64,000 nucleotides of DNA from contig JAZONS010000053.1 of NCBI GenBank assembly GCA_045654585.1, positions 19,950 to 83,949 of the forward strand. Reading direction: 5' to 3'. A model generated the notes under the pieces. That model was not told the DNA's origin and searched no databases. It saw only the letters and a program-made list of their open reading frames with translations. The DNA is from Eubacteriales bacterium (GTDB lineage: Bacteria; Bacillota; Clostridia; Oscillospirales; CAG-272). Made by a program: the position numbers and the translations under genes. Positions 36,950 to 46,800 of this stretch are shown here, one piece after another (positions within the stretch are counted from its first letter, which is position 1; the number at the start of each line of letters is the position of its first letter).

Positions 36950-37957
36950 ATGAACTCCCTATATATTCCAAAGGGTTACAAGCCGAGGCTTGACGTATAC
37001 GACACGCAGAAGGCAATCTCGTTTATTAAAAAGACATTCCAGAGCAGACTTGCGAACACTCTGCATCTCAAAAGAGTATCGGCGCCGCTCTTCGTTACAG
37101 CGGCATCCGGTCTGAACGATAATCTTTCGGGCAAGGAGCGCCCCGTCACCTTTGATATCCCCGCCGTCGGAGAAAGCGCGCAGGTAGTTCATTCTCTCGC
37201 AAAATGGAAGAGAATGGCGCTTAAGGAATACCGCTTCTACGTCGGAAACGGTCTTTACACCGATATGAACGCAATCCGCCGTGACGAGGACCTTGACAAT
37301 ATCCATTCGATATACGTTGACCAGTGGGACTGGGAGCGCGTTATAACACGCGAAGAGCGAACGCGCGAATATCTCATCGATACGGTCGAAAAAATAGTTG
37401 CTACCATCTGCGACACAAACGATCTTCTGAAGGTAGACTTCCCCACCCTCAACACAAAGCTGAACCGCGAGGTAAAGGTCGTTGACTCCGAGGAGCTCCT
37501 GGCTCTTTATCCGACCCTTACCGCAAAGGAACGCGAATACGAGATAACGAAAAAATACGGAACGGTTCTTATAATAGGAATCGGCGGAAAGCTCTCGAAC
37601 GGCGAGCCGCATGACTCCCGCGCTCCCGACTACGATGACTGGGATCTTAACGGAGATATCCTCTTCTACAACGAGGTCCTCGACAGAGCTTTCGAGATAT
37701 CCTCTATGGGTATACGCGTTGACGAGGAGAGCCTTGCGCGTCAGCTTGCTCTTTCGGGCTGCGAGGACCGACGCGAGCTTCCTTTCCACAAATCCCTGCT
37801 TGAAGGCAAGCTCCCTCTCACCATCGGCGGCGGTATCGGACAGTCAAGGCTATGCATGCTTATGATGGGCTCGGCTCATATAGGCGAGGTTCAGTCATCT
37901 GTTTGGGACAAAGAAACGCTCGAGCGGTGCGAAGCTGCCGGAATAAGACTGCTTTAA
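36950..37957 (+). CDS. asnA: Aspartate--ammonia ligase (asparagine synthetase A)
   Basis: Near-collinear with E. coli AsnA blocks (VVHSLAKWKR, YVDQWDWERV, IGIGGKLS, RAPDYDDW, GGGIGQSRLCM). ATG at 36950 with an upstream AAGAGGA, rather than the ORF-track start at 36893. Confidence 0.95.
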   Translation: MNSLYIPKGYKPRLDVYDTQKAISFIKKTFQSRLANTLHLKRVSAPLFVTAASGLNDNLSGKERPVTFDIPAVGESAQVVHSLAKWKRMALKEYRFYVGNGLYTDMNAIRRDEDLDNIHSIYVDQWDWERVITREERTREYLIDTVEKIVATICDTNDLLKVDFPTLNTKLNREVKVVDSEELLALYPTLTAKEREYEITKKYGTVLIIGIGGKLSNGEPHDSRAPDYDDWDLNGDILFYNEVLDRAFEISSMGIRVDEESLARQLALSGCEDRRELPFHKSLLEGKLPLTIGGGIGQSRLCMLMMGSAHIGEVQSSVWDKETLERCEAAGIRLL

Positions 37958-37973
37958 TAAACCAAACAAACAT

Positions 37974-38022
37974 AAAAAAGAGTGAGCACGGCTGAAAATG
38001 CCGATTTTGCTCACTCTTTTTT
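37974..38022. terminator. Bidirectional intrinsic terminator between convergent genes
   Basis: Long stem aaaaaagagtgagca...tgctcactctttttt with an inner cggc/gccg helix. Confidence 0.85.
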
Positions 38023-38057
38023 ACATTTTGATCCTTTTTGTTTACTTTTTAAATGGG

Positions 38058-39308
38058 TTACGCATCCTCTTTGGAATTCTCATCCAAGGATTTATGGTGT
38101 ATCTGCTTCCACGAAACGTTCTTTTTGAAGATGGCTACGAACGCTATCGGAACAAAAGTCATCATAAAGATCGGGAAGGTTAATGCGTAAAAGATCTTTT
38201 TAAACGGCGTGGTTCTTATATGCTTCCACTCGGTTATTGTGGTCACAAGACTGTGAATAAGTACAAGACCGTAAGCACTCGCGGCAAGCACGGCAAAGGG
38301 TAAAAGTGTTTCCTCTACACCGTGACCCGTGCAAAGCAATATCACCGCGCCGACAATATTGACAAGGCACGCAATTATCGAGAGGAAATACGCCGGAGCG
38401 ATACTCATTATCATATCGTAGCAGGCTATGAACTTGCGCGAAAACAAACCGCGCCCCAGCGGCTTCCAGAACTTCACGAACGATTGAAGACCGCCCTTGC
38501 ACCAACGCAGACGCTGATTCCAGGACTGAACGAAGCCCGACACCTGATCGTCATAGAAGCGGGCATCCTCACAGTATCCGAACTTTTTTCCTCTTATTAC
38601 GCTGTGGCAGGTAAACTCATAGTCCTCGGTAAGAGTATGAAACGGCCAGCCGCCGTATTCTTTTCTGATAGCATTCGAGAAAAGGAATCCCGTTCCCGAC
38701 ACCTGAGGGCACGCGCCAATGCGCATTCTCGAGCCGTTGAGATACTTTGAATCGCGTAAAAACCAAAGACCCGTACCCGCGGCAAGCCAGCTATCACCGT
38801 AGTTTTTTGAATTACGGTAGCAGGTAACAACCTCGTATCCGTCAGAAAAGGTCTTGTTTATTTCGGTAACAAAATTATTTTCAAGTATATTATCCGCATC
38901 GAAGACGATAAACGCATCAAAATGATCCTCACCGAAGGTCTCGGCTATTCGAGCAAGCCCGAACTCGAGAGCATAGCCCTTGCCGATCTTCTCCTTGTTG
39001 AATCTCTCGAATACCGACATACCGAGAGCTCTGCCGATCTCCGCGGTCTTATCGGTACAGTTATCGGCAACGAGAATGATATCTATAAGCTCCGCGGGAT
39101 AATCCTGAGCTCTGATGCTTTCGACCAGATTCGCGATAACGTTTTCTTCGTTTCTCGCGCAAACCACAATGGCAAATTTGTGGAGCTTTGATTCTTTATG
39201 CGCGGGAAGCTTTTTTACGAACGGTACTACGAGATAAATAAACTGGAACGCGTAGCAAAGCGCAAAAAGAATGCCTAAAATAAGATTTATTATAGAAAGA
39301 GTCTGCAT
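38058..39308 (-). CDS. Membrane-embedded family-2 glycosyltransferase of the processive synthase type (QxxRW)
   Basis: VVCARNEENVI, FIVFDADN and the QRLRWCKG (Q-x-x-R-W) motif, with an N-terminal TM helix and about 4 C-terminal TM helices. The ATG at 39308 (MQTLSII..) is preferred over the TTG at 39392. Confidence 0.8.
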   Translation of the reverse strand: MQTLSIINLILGILFALCYAFQFIYLVVPFVKKLPAHKESKLHKFAIVVCARNEENVIANLVESIRAQDYPAELIDIILVADNCTDKTAEIGRALGMSVFERFNKEKIGKGYALEFGLARIAETFGEDHFDAFIVFDADNILENNFVTEINKTFSDGYEVVTCYRNSKNYGDSWLAAGTGLWFLRDSKYLNGSRMRIGACPQVSGTGFLFSNAIRKEYGGWPFHTLTEDYEFTCHSVIRGKKFGYCEDARFYDDQVSGFVQSWNQRLRWCKGGLQSFVKFWKPLGRGLFSRKFIACYDMIMSIAPAYFLSIIACLVNIVGAVILLCTGHGVEETLLPFAVLAASAYGLVLIHSLVTTITEWKHIRTTPFKKIFYALTFPIFMMTFVPIAFVAIFKKNVSWKQIHHKSLDENSKEDA

Positions 39309-39471
39309 ATTTTTTCCAAAAACTCCGTTTTTATTTACTGAAGCACTGCTATTATACACTATTTTAGCCAAAAAAGAAAGAGGTTTAACCAAACTTTAAT
39401 CTTTTTTTACGAAAGTTTATACCGAATTTAAAAAAAATTCACAAATATCTATAATTTTTTTCAAAAACCTA

Positions 39472-39500
39472 TTGCAATTTTAAAAAAAATAGATTATAAT
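39472..39500 (+). promoter_or_regulatory. Consensus-like sigma-A promoter
   Basis: TTGCAA, 17 nt, TATAAT, within a very AT-rich spacer. Confidence 0.65.
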
Positions 39501-39541
39501 ATATTACACAGCGCACATTTTATGAAAGGTGGGAATGATAA

Positions 39542-39961
39542 ATGAGCAAGAAGATTAACAAGAAGTTCCTTAAACTCTTCGTGGAACTTGACAGTAATTG
39601 TTGCGACAAGCTTGGTGTAAAGGCAGGAGGCGTTACTGAATACATAAACCGTCTCGAGAGTGCTAGATTTGCTCCCAAGCGCGATGAAGTACTTGACGCT
39701 CTTAACAAGTACAGAAATGTAAGAAATGTTTTGGCTCACGATGCTAAGGCTATCAAGAAGAACAAGATCCTCATTAAGCGCGATCTTAAGTGGATCAAGA
39801 AGTTCATCAAGTCCCTTAAGCGTAAGAAGGACCCCATTTCTGCATACCTTCGCAAGGCTCGCAAATACGCTCGCCGCAAGAAGTCCAAGAAGGTTATTCT
39901 TGCAGTTGTTGTGATCGCAGCTGTTGCTGCAGCAGCAGTATTCGGCTTAGGTCTTGTATAA
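39542..39961 (+). CDS. Small basic C-terminally membrane-anchored protein with an R-x4-H (HEPN-like) motif
   Basis: 139 aa. Predicted helical N-terminal ~100 aa containing NKYRNVRNVLAHD, a Lys/Arg-rich linker (RKARKYARRKKSKK), and a C-terminal TM helix VILAVVVIAAVAAAAVFGLGLV. RBS AAGGTGGG. AAG-biased Lys codons. Confidence 0.55.
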   Translation: MSKKINKKFLKLFVELDSNCCDKLGVKAGGVTEYINRLESARFAPKRDEVLDALNKYRNVRNVLAHDAKAIKKNKILIKRDLKWIKKFIKSLKRKKDPISAYLRKARKYARRKKSKKVILAVVVIAAVAAAAVFGLGLV

Positions 39962-40025
39962 TTAGAATAATGCTTTATATCACGGCTGTCCTTATCGGGG
40001 CAGCCGTTGATATTTTAGGAGGAAT

Positions 40026-40802
40026 ATGCTCGCTTCGTACCATAATCACACTCCCCTTTGCAACCACGCGGAGGGCAGCGAGGAGGAATATGTTCTTCAC
40101 GCCATAAAGCACGGTTACCGTATCTTCGGCTTCTCCGACCATGCGCCGCACCTGTTTTCCGAAGCGCTGTGGGCATCGAGAATGACGCCCGACGAGATCT
40201 CTATATACGCCGAGCGCGTTTTAAACCTGAAGCATAAATACCGCGACTTTATCGACGTTCGCCTCGGACTTGAGCTTGAATACTATCCTTATTATCATAA
40301 AAAGGATATGGAGCTATACCGCTCGTCAGGCATAGAATATCTCATTCTCGGTCAGCATCTTATCGGATACAGAGAACCCGGAGTTTATAAAAATTCTTTC
40401 GCGGAAACTCAAAAAAATGAAGATTATTCGGCATACGTGGATCAGTGCATCGAGGCGCTTCAGACGGGTAACTTCTGCTATTTCGCGCATCCGGACGTTT
40501 TCAAATATCGCGGCGGAGACCTCGATTTTTACCGCGAGGAAAGCGACAGGCTCATTCTTGCGGCTAAATTGCTCGATATTCCGCTCGAGGTCAATATGTA
40601 CGGCCTTATTGACGGAAGGCATTATCCGAACGGCGTATTCTGGGATCGGGTATCAAAGCTCGGGGCTAAGGTCATCCTGGGGCGAGATGCGCACAAGGTG
40701 ACAAGAGTTCACGACGAGAGCGAGTTCCCCGCCGCATACAGATTTATAGAGAAGCACAAGCTTGACCTTACAGAAAGCATAGTTATCCCAAAATCTTTAT
40801 AA
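40026..40802 (+). CDS. PHP-family histidinol-phosphatase-like hydrolase
   Basis: N-terminal YHNHTPLCNHA...GFSDHAP and later FAHPD metal-ligand motifs. AGGAGG RBS. Confidence 0.8.
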   Translation: MLASYHNHTPLCNHAEGSEEEYVLHAIKHGYRIFGFSDHAPHLFSEALWASRMTPDEISIYAERVLNLKHKYRDFIDVRLGLELEYYPYYHKKDMELYRSSGIEYLILGQHLIGYREPGVYKNSFAETQKNEDYSAYVDQCIEALQTGNFCYFAHPDVFKYRGGDLDFYREESDRLILAAKLLDIPLEVNMYGLIDGRHYPNGVFWDRVSKLGAKVILGRDAHKVTRVHDESEFPAAYRFIEKHKLDLTESIVIPKSL

Positions 40803-40808
40803 TAAATA

Positions 40809-40870
40809 AAAAATTAAGCACTTACGCTACACAGTTTTCGCCGTGTAATGCAAGTGCTTTTCTTTTTTAT
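40809..40870. terminator. Bidirectional intrinsic terminator between convergent genes
   Basis: Long imperfect hairpin aagcactt...aagtgctt flanked by an A-tract and a T-tract. Confidence 0.75.
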
Positions 40871-40910
40871 CTTTACCGCGTTAGCCGTATTGCGGCAGAG
40901 CGGATGCGAT

Positions 40911-43268
40911 TCAGTTCTTTTTTATCTTTTCCTTTTTCTGAAGTAATCCGTATCCCATATGTATCATTACCGAAACCACAACGGTTACGGATACAACTAC
41001 TATAAATAAAATAGGATGATTCAGAGCAGGCTTTATGTGAAGCATATCCCCGAGCAGGAACACGGCAAGTGACGAAGCGAGCGCAAGAAGCGCAGCGCAA
41101 ATACAAATAACGCCAACACGCCATTCGGTATAAGGTCTGCAAAGGAAAACAAGGTTCATAAACGCCGCAACAGTTACCGCTACCGTGCATATCGCGCTGA
41201 CCGACACCGCTGCAAATACATCACTTTTACCTACTACCTGAGTGACAAACACCGGGATAAGCATTACGATAGCGTTTGGAACACTCTTTTTTAAAACTAC
41301 CTCAATATATGAGCCCGTCGCGCGCCTGAAGTTCGGCTCGACCGTCAGCATCACAGAGGAAAGTCCTATAACTATCATCTCTACGAGAAGAAGCTGCTTC
41401 GGGTCAAACGGATATCCCGAAAGGGTTATAAGGCTGAGAACGGAGAGAACGAGCGTAAACACAGTCTTCATCAGATACAGCACCGACGACATACGAACGT
41501 TATTTATACACCGTCTTCCCTCTTTAACTATATCAGGAAGAACGCCGAAGTCCGAGTTCATAAGCACGATCTTTGATACCTTTCTCGCAACCTCGCTTCC
41601 GTCCGCCATGGCAATTGAGCAATCGCTCTCTTTCAAGGCAAGAGTATCGTTTACGCCATCTCCCGTCATAGCTACGGTGTGCCCCTTCGATTTAAGAGCC
41701 TTTACGAGAAGTATCTTCTGCTCGGGGGTCACTCTGCCGAAAACGGTATATTCATCGCATACCTCGGCAAGCTCCTCGTCCGATATATCTCTGCAGGAGA
41801 GGTATTTCTCGGCGTTGTTTATTCCGACTCGCTTTGCAATCGAGGAAACGGTTTCGGCGTGGTCGCCCGATATGACCTTGACCGAAACGCCCTGCTCCTG
41901 GAAGTTTTCTATAGTATCCTTTGCGTTGGGTCTGATTCTGTCCGATATTGCTATTATCGCGATAGCCTCGCCAAAAGCTTCAAGCTCGTCCTGCTTGGCA
42001 AGCACGAGAACTCTCTCGCCGAGCGATGCGTGATAGCTTATTCTTGCCTCTATTTCGGGTAAAATGGGGCATTTGACAAAATGCGGAGCTCCTATCGAAA
42101 AGCATCCCTCTCCCTCAATTCTGACAGATGAATACTTTCTTGCCGACGAGAAGGGTATCTTCTCCGTTACGGGAGCCTCGCGGTCAATGCCAAAGCGCTC
42201 TATCAGCGCCTCTCCCGTATGGTTTACAGACTCCTCAGCGCCCTCTATCATCGCCATAACGCGAGTGATATAACGCTCGGAATAGTTATCGAATATCTCT
42301 ACGCCGGTAACTTCCATAGTTCCGTCGGTTATCGTTCCCGTCTTATCAAGACAAATAACGTCAGCCGACGCAAGCATCTCGATACTGTACATATCCCGGA
42401 CAAGGCTTCCCCGTTTGCCCAGGGTTATGACACTGACCGAAAGCGTCAGCGTTACAAGAAGGAACACTCCCGAGGGTATCATTCCTATGACAGAGCCGCA
42501 AGTCTTGTTTACCGCCATAACAACATCCTTGCCATAGGCAAAGTAATTATTAAAGAACAGAAGTCCCGCCATCGGGAAAAGAATGATAGCTATATATTTG
42601 ATAAGAGAGTTAAGCTCGTGGAAGAGGTTTGACGAGGGAGCCTTAAAGCTTTTCGCCGCCTTCTCTATCTTATATATATAGTTATCCCTTCCGACGCTCG
42701 TTACCTTTACGTAAACCGATCCGCTCACAAGAAAGCTACCCGCGAGTACCTTATCTCCACGTGTTTTCTTTATCGCATTCGATTCGCCCGTAAGCATACT
42801 CTCGTTCGCCTCGGCAACTCCGCTGATAACAACACCGTCGGACAACACCTGCCTGCCCGACTCAACGTACATTACGTCACCGAGCACAACGTCGGATGAA
42901 AATATATCGTTTTTTACACCGCTGCGAACAACGGTAGCTATAGGGTCCGTGGTTACAGACAGCTTTTCAACCGTTCTTTTCGCCCGTATCTCCTGGTAAA
43001 GCGCTATCAGCGTATTCGGCACTACCACCATAAGGAAGGTAAGGTTCGAATAACTTCCGACTGCGATAAGAACGGCGGTTACCAATGCCCAGATAAGGTT
43101 GAAGAATGTAAAAACGTTATCGTAGACTATTCTCAGATAGCTTTTCCCCGCTTTTGACTCCGCTTTGTTGCAAAGTCCCCGTTCAAAACGCTCCTTTGCC
43201 TCCTCGGCAGACAAGCCGCAAAGCTCTTCCTCTGACGATATCTCTGTGGCATCTATGAGTTTTTCCAA
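40911..43268 (-). CDS. P-type (HAD-IC) cation-transporting ATPase; ion specificity not determinable
   Basis: ICLDKTGTITDG phosphorylation motif, TGES, MTGDGVNDTLALKESD, and about 10 TM helices. TTG start at 43268 supported by GGTGGTGA 4 nt upstream. Confidence 0.9.
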   Translation of the reverse strand: MEKLIDATEISSEEELCGLSAEEAKERFERGLCNKAESKAGKSYLRIVYDNVFTFFNLIWALVTAVLIAVGSYSNLTFLMVVVPNTLIALYQEIRAKRTVEKLSVTTDPIATVVRSGVKNDIFSSDVVLGDVMYVESGRQVLSDGVVISGVAEANESMLTGESNAIKKTRGDKVLAGSFLVSGSVYVKVTSVGRDNYIYKIEKAAKSFKAPSSNLFHELNSLIKYIAIILFPMAGLLFFNNYFAYGKDVVMAVNKTCGSVIGMIPSGVFLLVTLTLSVSVITLGKRGSLVRDMYSIEMLASADVICLDKTGTITDGTMEVTGVEIFDNYSERYITRVMAMIEGAEESVNHTGEALIERFGIDREAPVTEKIPFSSARKYSSVRIEGEGCFSIGAPHFVKCPILPEIEARISYHASLGERVLVLAKQDELEAFGEAIAIIAISDRIRPNAKDTIENFQEQGVSVKVISGDHAETVSSIAKRVGINNAEKYLSCRDISDEELAEVCDEYTVFGRVTPEQKILLVKALKSKGHTVAMTGDGVNDTLALKESDCSIAMADGSEVARKVSKIVLMNSDFGVLPDIVKEGRRCINNVRMSSVLYLMKTVFTLVLSVLSLITLSGYPFDPKQLLLVEMIVIGLSSVMLTVEPNFRRATGSYIEVVLKKSVPNAIVMLIPVFVTQVVGKSDVFAAVSVSAICTVAVTVAAFMNLVFLCRPYTEWRVGVICICAALLALASSLAVFLLGDMLHIKPALNHPILFIVVVSVTVVVSVMIHMGYGLLQKKEKIKKN

Positions 43269-43325
43269 ATAATCACCACCGAATATATTTATATATCTAT
43301 ATATTAATTAATCAAATTATTTATA

Positions 43326-43354
43326 ATGATATCATAATTACGTTGGTAAGTCAA
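43326..43354 (-). promoter_or_regulatory. Candidate promoter of the P-type ATPase gene
   Basis: The minus strand reads TTGACT, 17 nt, TATCAT, with TGa upstream (extended -10). Confidence 0.5.
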
Positions 43355-43461
43355 TGTTAAACTATAAAAATAATTAAAATTTTCTACTTATGATATTCTT
43401 CTTTATTTACGGGCAAAAAGGCACTTATGCGTCTTTATGAGGTACATTTTTAAAAAAACTA

Positions 43462-43490
43462 TTGACTTTAAACCAAACTTTGTATATAAT
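43462..43490 (+). promoter_or_regulatory. Sigma-A promoter driving the ileS leader
   Basis: TTGACT, 17 nt, TATAAT. Confidence 0.7.
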
Positions 43491-43496
43491 AATGAA

Positions 43497-43762
43497 GGTA
43501 AAAGAGTCGGACGGGTTCGGCTTATATATAATAAAAGCTTTGACGAAGACAGTAGCGTAAATGAAAGGCTTCCAGAGAGTCGGGGGTGGTGCGAGCCCGG
43601 CAGCGAGTAATTTCCGTGAATATCACTTCCGAGCTGCACGCATGAAAGCTATACGCAAGTAATGCTTGCCGTTTGCCCCACGTGATACGGGCGCATATTG
43701 ATGGATATGTAAATACGGTGGTATATTCCTGTTTCTTATCGAAACGGGATTTTTTTATTATT
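43497..43762 (+). promoter_or_regulatory. T-box riboswitch leader, isoleucine specifier (AUC)
   Basis: Stem I elements GAAGACAGTA, the AGAGA bulge and a GGTGGTGCGAG distal loop. Candidate specifier gaaT-ATC-A at about 43619-43626. T-box sequence aaatacGGTGGTAtattcc. Terminator cctgtttc-ttatc-gaaacggg plus TTTTTTT (43728-43760). Lies directly upstream of ileS. Confidence 0.85.
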
Positions 43763-43806
43763 CTGATTTTATTTTTGTTATTAAATTTCCCAAAAGGAGT
43801 CTATAT

Positions 43807-46800
43807 ATGAAAGAAGTTTACGAAAAGGTCTCTGCAAGCCTTGGATTTGTCGAAAGAGAAAAGGCAACCAGAAAATTCTGGGAAGAAAACGGCGTTTTCG
43901 AGAAGAGCGTTGAGATCAGAGAAGGCGCTCCCAATTTCACCTTCTATGAAGGCCCGCCCACAGCGAACGGTAAGCCTCATATCGGTCACGTTCTTACAAG
44001 AGTTATAAAGGATGCTATTCCCCGTTACCGTACTATGAAGGGCGTTCGCGTACTTCGTAAGGCAGGTTGGGATACGCACGGTCTGCCCGTTGAGCTCGAG
44101 GTTGAGAAAAAGCTCGGCATCGACGGAAAGGATCAGATCGAAAGCTACGGTCTTGAGCCCTTCATCGGTCACTGCAAGGAGTCCGTATGGAACTACAAGA
44201 AGATGTGGGAGGATTTCTCCGGAACCGTAGGATACTGGGTTGACAATGATCATCCTTACGTTACCTATACCAATGATTTCATCGAGTCCGAATGGTGGGC
44301 TCTCAAGCAGATATTCGACAAAGGGCTGCTCTACAAGGGCTTTAAGATAGTTCCCTACTGCCCGAGATGCGGTACTCCCCTCTCCTCTCACGAGGTTGCG
44401 CAGGGCTATAAGGCGGTTAAGGAAAAGTCCGCTATCGCGCGCTTCAAATGCGCTGATGAGGATGCATATTTCCTCGCCTGGACAACAACGCCCTGGACTC
44501 TCCCCTCGAACGTTGCGCTTTGCGTTAACCCCGAGGATACCTACTGCAAGGTTAAAGCGGCTGACGGTTATACCTACTATATGGCTAAGGCTCTTCTCGA
44601 TAAGGTTCTCGGACCGCTTGCGAAGGAAGAGGGCGACATAGCTTATGAAATTCTCGAGGAGATGAAGGGTATCGCGCTTGAGCGCAAGCATTATCTTCCC
44701 CTCTTCGACTGCACGGGTGAGTACGTCAAGGGACTTGGCAAGGATGCTCACTTCGTAACCTGCGACAGCTACGTTACAATGTCCGACGGTACGGGTATCG
44801 TTCATATCGCTCCCGCCTTCGGTGAGGACGACAGCAAGGTTGGTAAAAAATACGATCTTCCCTTCGTTCAGTTCGTTGACGGCAAGGGCGAGATGACCTC
44901 TCACACTCCTTATGCGGGCGTATTCGTCAAGAAGGCAGATCCGATGATCCTCGATGATCTCAGAGCATCGGGCAAGCTCTTCTCCGCTCCCAAGTTCGAG
45001 CACGATTATCCGCACTGCTGGAGATGTAATACCCCTCTTATCTACTACGCGCGCGACACATGGTTCATTCAGATGACTGCGGTAAAGGAAAACCTTATCC
45101 GCAACAACAATACCGTTAACTGGATCCCCGAGAGTATCGGTAAGGGAAGATACGGAGATTGGCTTGAAAATATTCAGGACTGGGGTCCTTCCCGTAACAG
45201 ATATTGGGGTACTCCTCTCAATATCTGGGAATGCTCCTGCGGACACAGACACTCCATCGGCTCTATTGAAGAGCTTCGCAAAATGTCCGACAATTGCCCG
45301 GAAGATATCGAGCTTCACCGCCCCTTCATTGACGCGGTTACCCTTAAGTGCCCCAAGTGCTCCGGCGAGATGAAGAGAGTAAGCGAGGTTATCGACTGCT
45401 GGTTTGACTCTGGCTCAATGCCCTTCGCTCAGTGGCACTACCCCTTCGAAAACAAAGAGATGTTCGACTCGCAGTTCCCCGCAGATTTCATCAGCGAGGG
45501 CGTTGACCAGACGCGCGGTTGGTTCTACTCTCTTATGGCAATATCCACCCTTATCTTCGACAAGGCTCCCTATAAAAACGTTCTCGTTCTCGGTCACGTG
45601 CTTGATAAGGATGGACAGAAGATGTCCAAATCCAAGGGTAACGCGGTAGACCCCTTCGAGGCTCTCGAGGCTTACGGCGCCGACGCTATTCGCTGGTATT
45701 TCTACTCCAACTCCGCGCCCTGGCTCCCCAACCGCTTCTTCGGCGAGGCAGTTGTTGAGGGACAGCGCAAATATATGGGTACGCTCTGGAACACCTATGC
45801 GTTCTACGTGCTCTACGCAAATATCGACGGCTTTGATCCCACGAAGTATAAGCTCAACCGTAACACGCTTACCGTTATGGATAAGTGGATACTCTCCAAA
45901 CTCAACACGGCTGTTAAGCTCGTTGACGGATATATGGAGAACTACAAGCTCGTTGAGTCCACGAGAGTGCTCGAAAACCTCGTTGACGAGCTTTCCAACT
46001 GGTACGTGCGCAGATGCCGTGAGCGCTTCTGGGTAAAGGATATGCCCGAGGATAAGGTTAATGCGTATATGACACTTTATACCTGCCTCGTTACTATCGC
46101 AAAGCTCTCGGCTCCTCTTATCCCCTTCATGACAGAGGATATTTACAGAAACCTCGTGCTCTCGGTTGACAAGAGCGCGCCTATCTCGGTACACCTTTGC
46201 GACTTCCCCACCTGCGACGAGTCGCTTATCGACCGCGACCTTGAAGAAAACATGGACGAGGTCGTTGACGTAGTTGTTCTCGGACGTGCCTGCAGAAACG
46301 CGGCAGCGATAAAGAACCGCCAGCCTGTGGCAAAAATGTACGTTAAGGCTGACAGAACTCCCGACGATAGCTTCATCTCGGTAATTTCCGAGGAGCTCAA
46401 CGTTAAATCCGTTGAATTTACCGACAACGTTAAGGGCTTCACCACCTACAGCTTCAAGCCTCAGCTTCGTACCGTAGGTCCGAAGTACGGAAAATATCTC
46501 GGCGCAATAAAGACCGCTCTTTCAAATCTCGACGGCAATGCTGCTATGGATGAGCTTGAGGAGTGCGGCGAGCTTAAGCTTGACCTCGGCGAGGTAGTTG
46601 CGGCTCTTACCAAGGACGACCTTCTTATCGAGATGACCAAGATGGAGGGCTTTGAGTCCCTTTCCGATCACGGTATCACGGTTGTTATCGACAAGAATCT
46701 CACGCCCGAGCTTATTGAAGAGGGTAACGTTCGCGAGATAATCTCTAAGATCCAGACAATGAGAAAGGATTCCGGCTTCGAGGTTATGGATAACATCCGT

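Noticed and set aside
39309-39392. N-terminal extensions given by the ORF track: TTG at 39392 for the GT2 gene, GTG at 1127 for flotillin, 36893 for asnA, 22238 for the MBL gene, 62312 for the DUF4340-position gene
   Set aside because: In each case an internal ATG (or GTG) with a properly spaced Shine-Dalgarno sequence and a sensible mature N-terminus (TM helix or alignment with homologs) is a better start. The extended versions would overlap upstream genes or RBS sequences.
43801-45318. 505-aa ORF on the minus strand overlapping the first half of ileS
   Set aside because: It is exactly antisense to an unambiguous ileS (HIGH/KMSKS motifs, T-box leader, RBS). The translation is low-information (Leu/Arg/Val/Ser-rich) with no motif, RBS or promoter. 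It is a typical stop-poor antisense frame caused by the codon bias of the sense gene.
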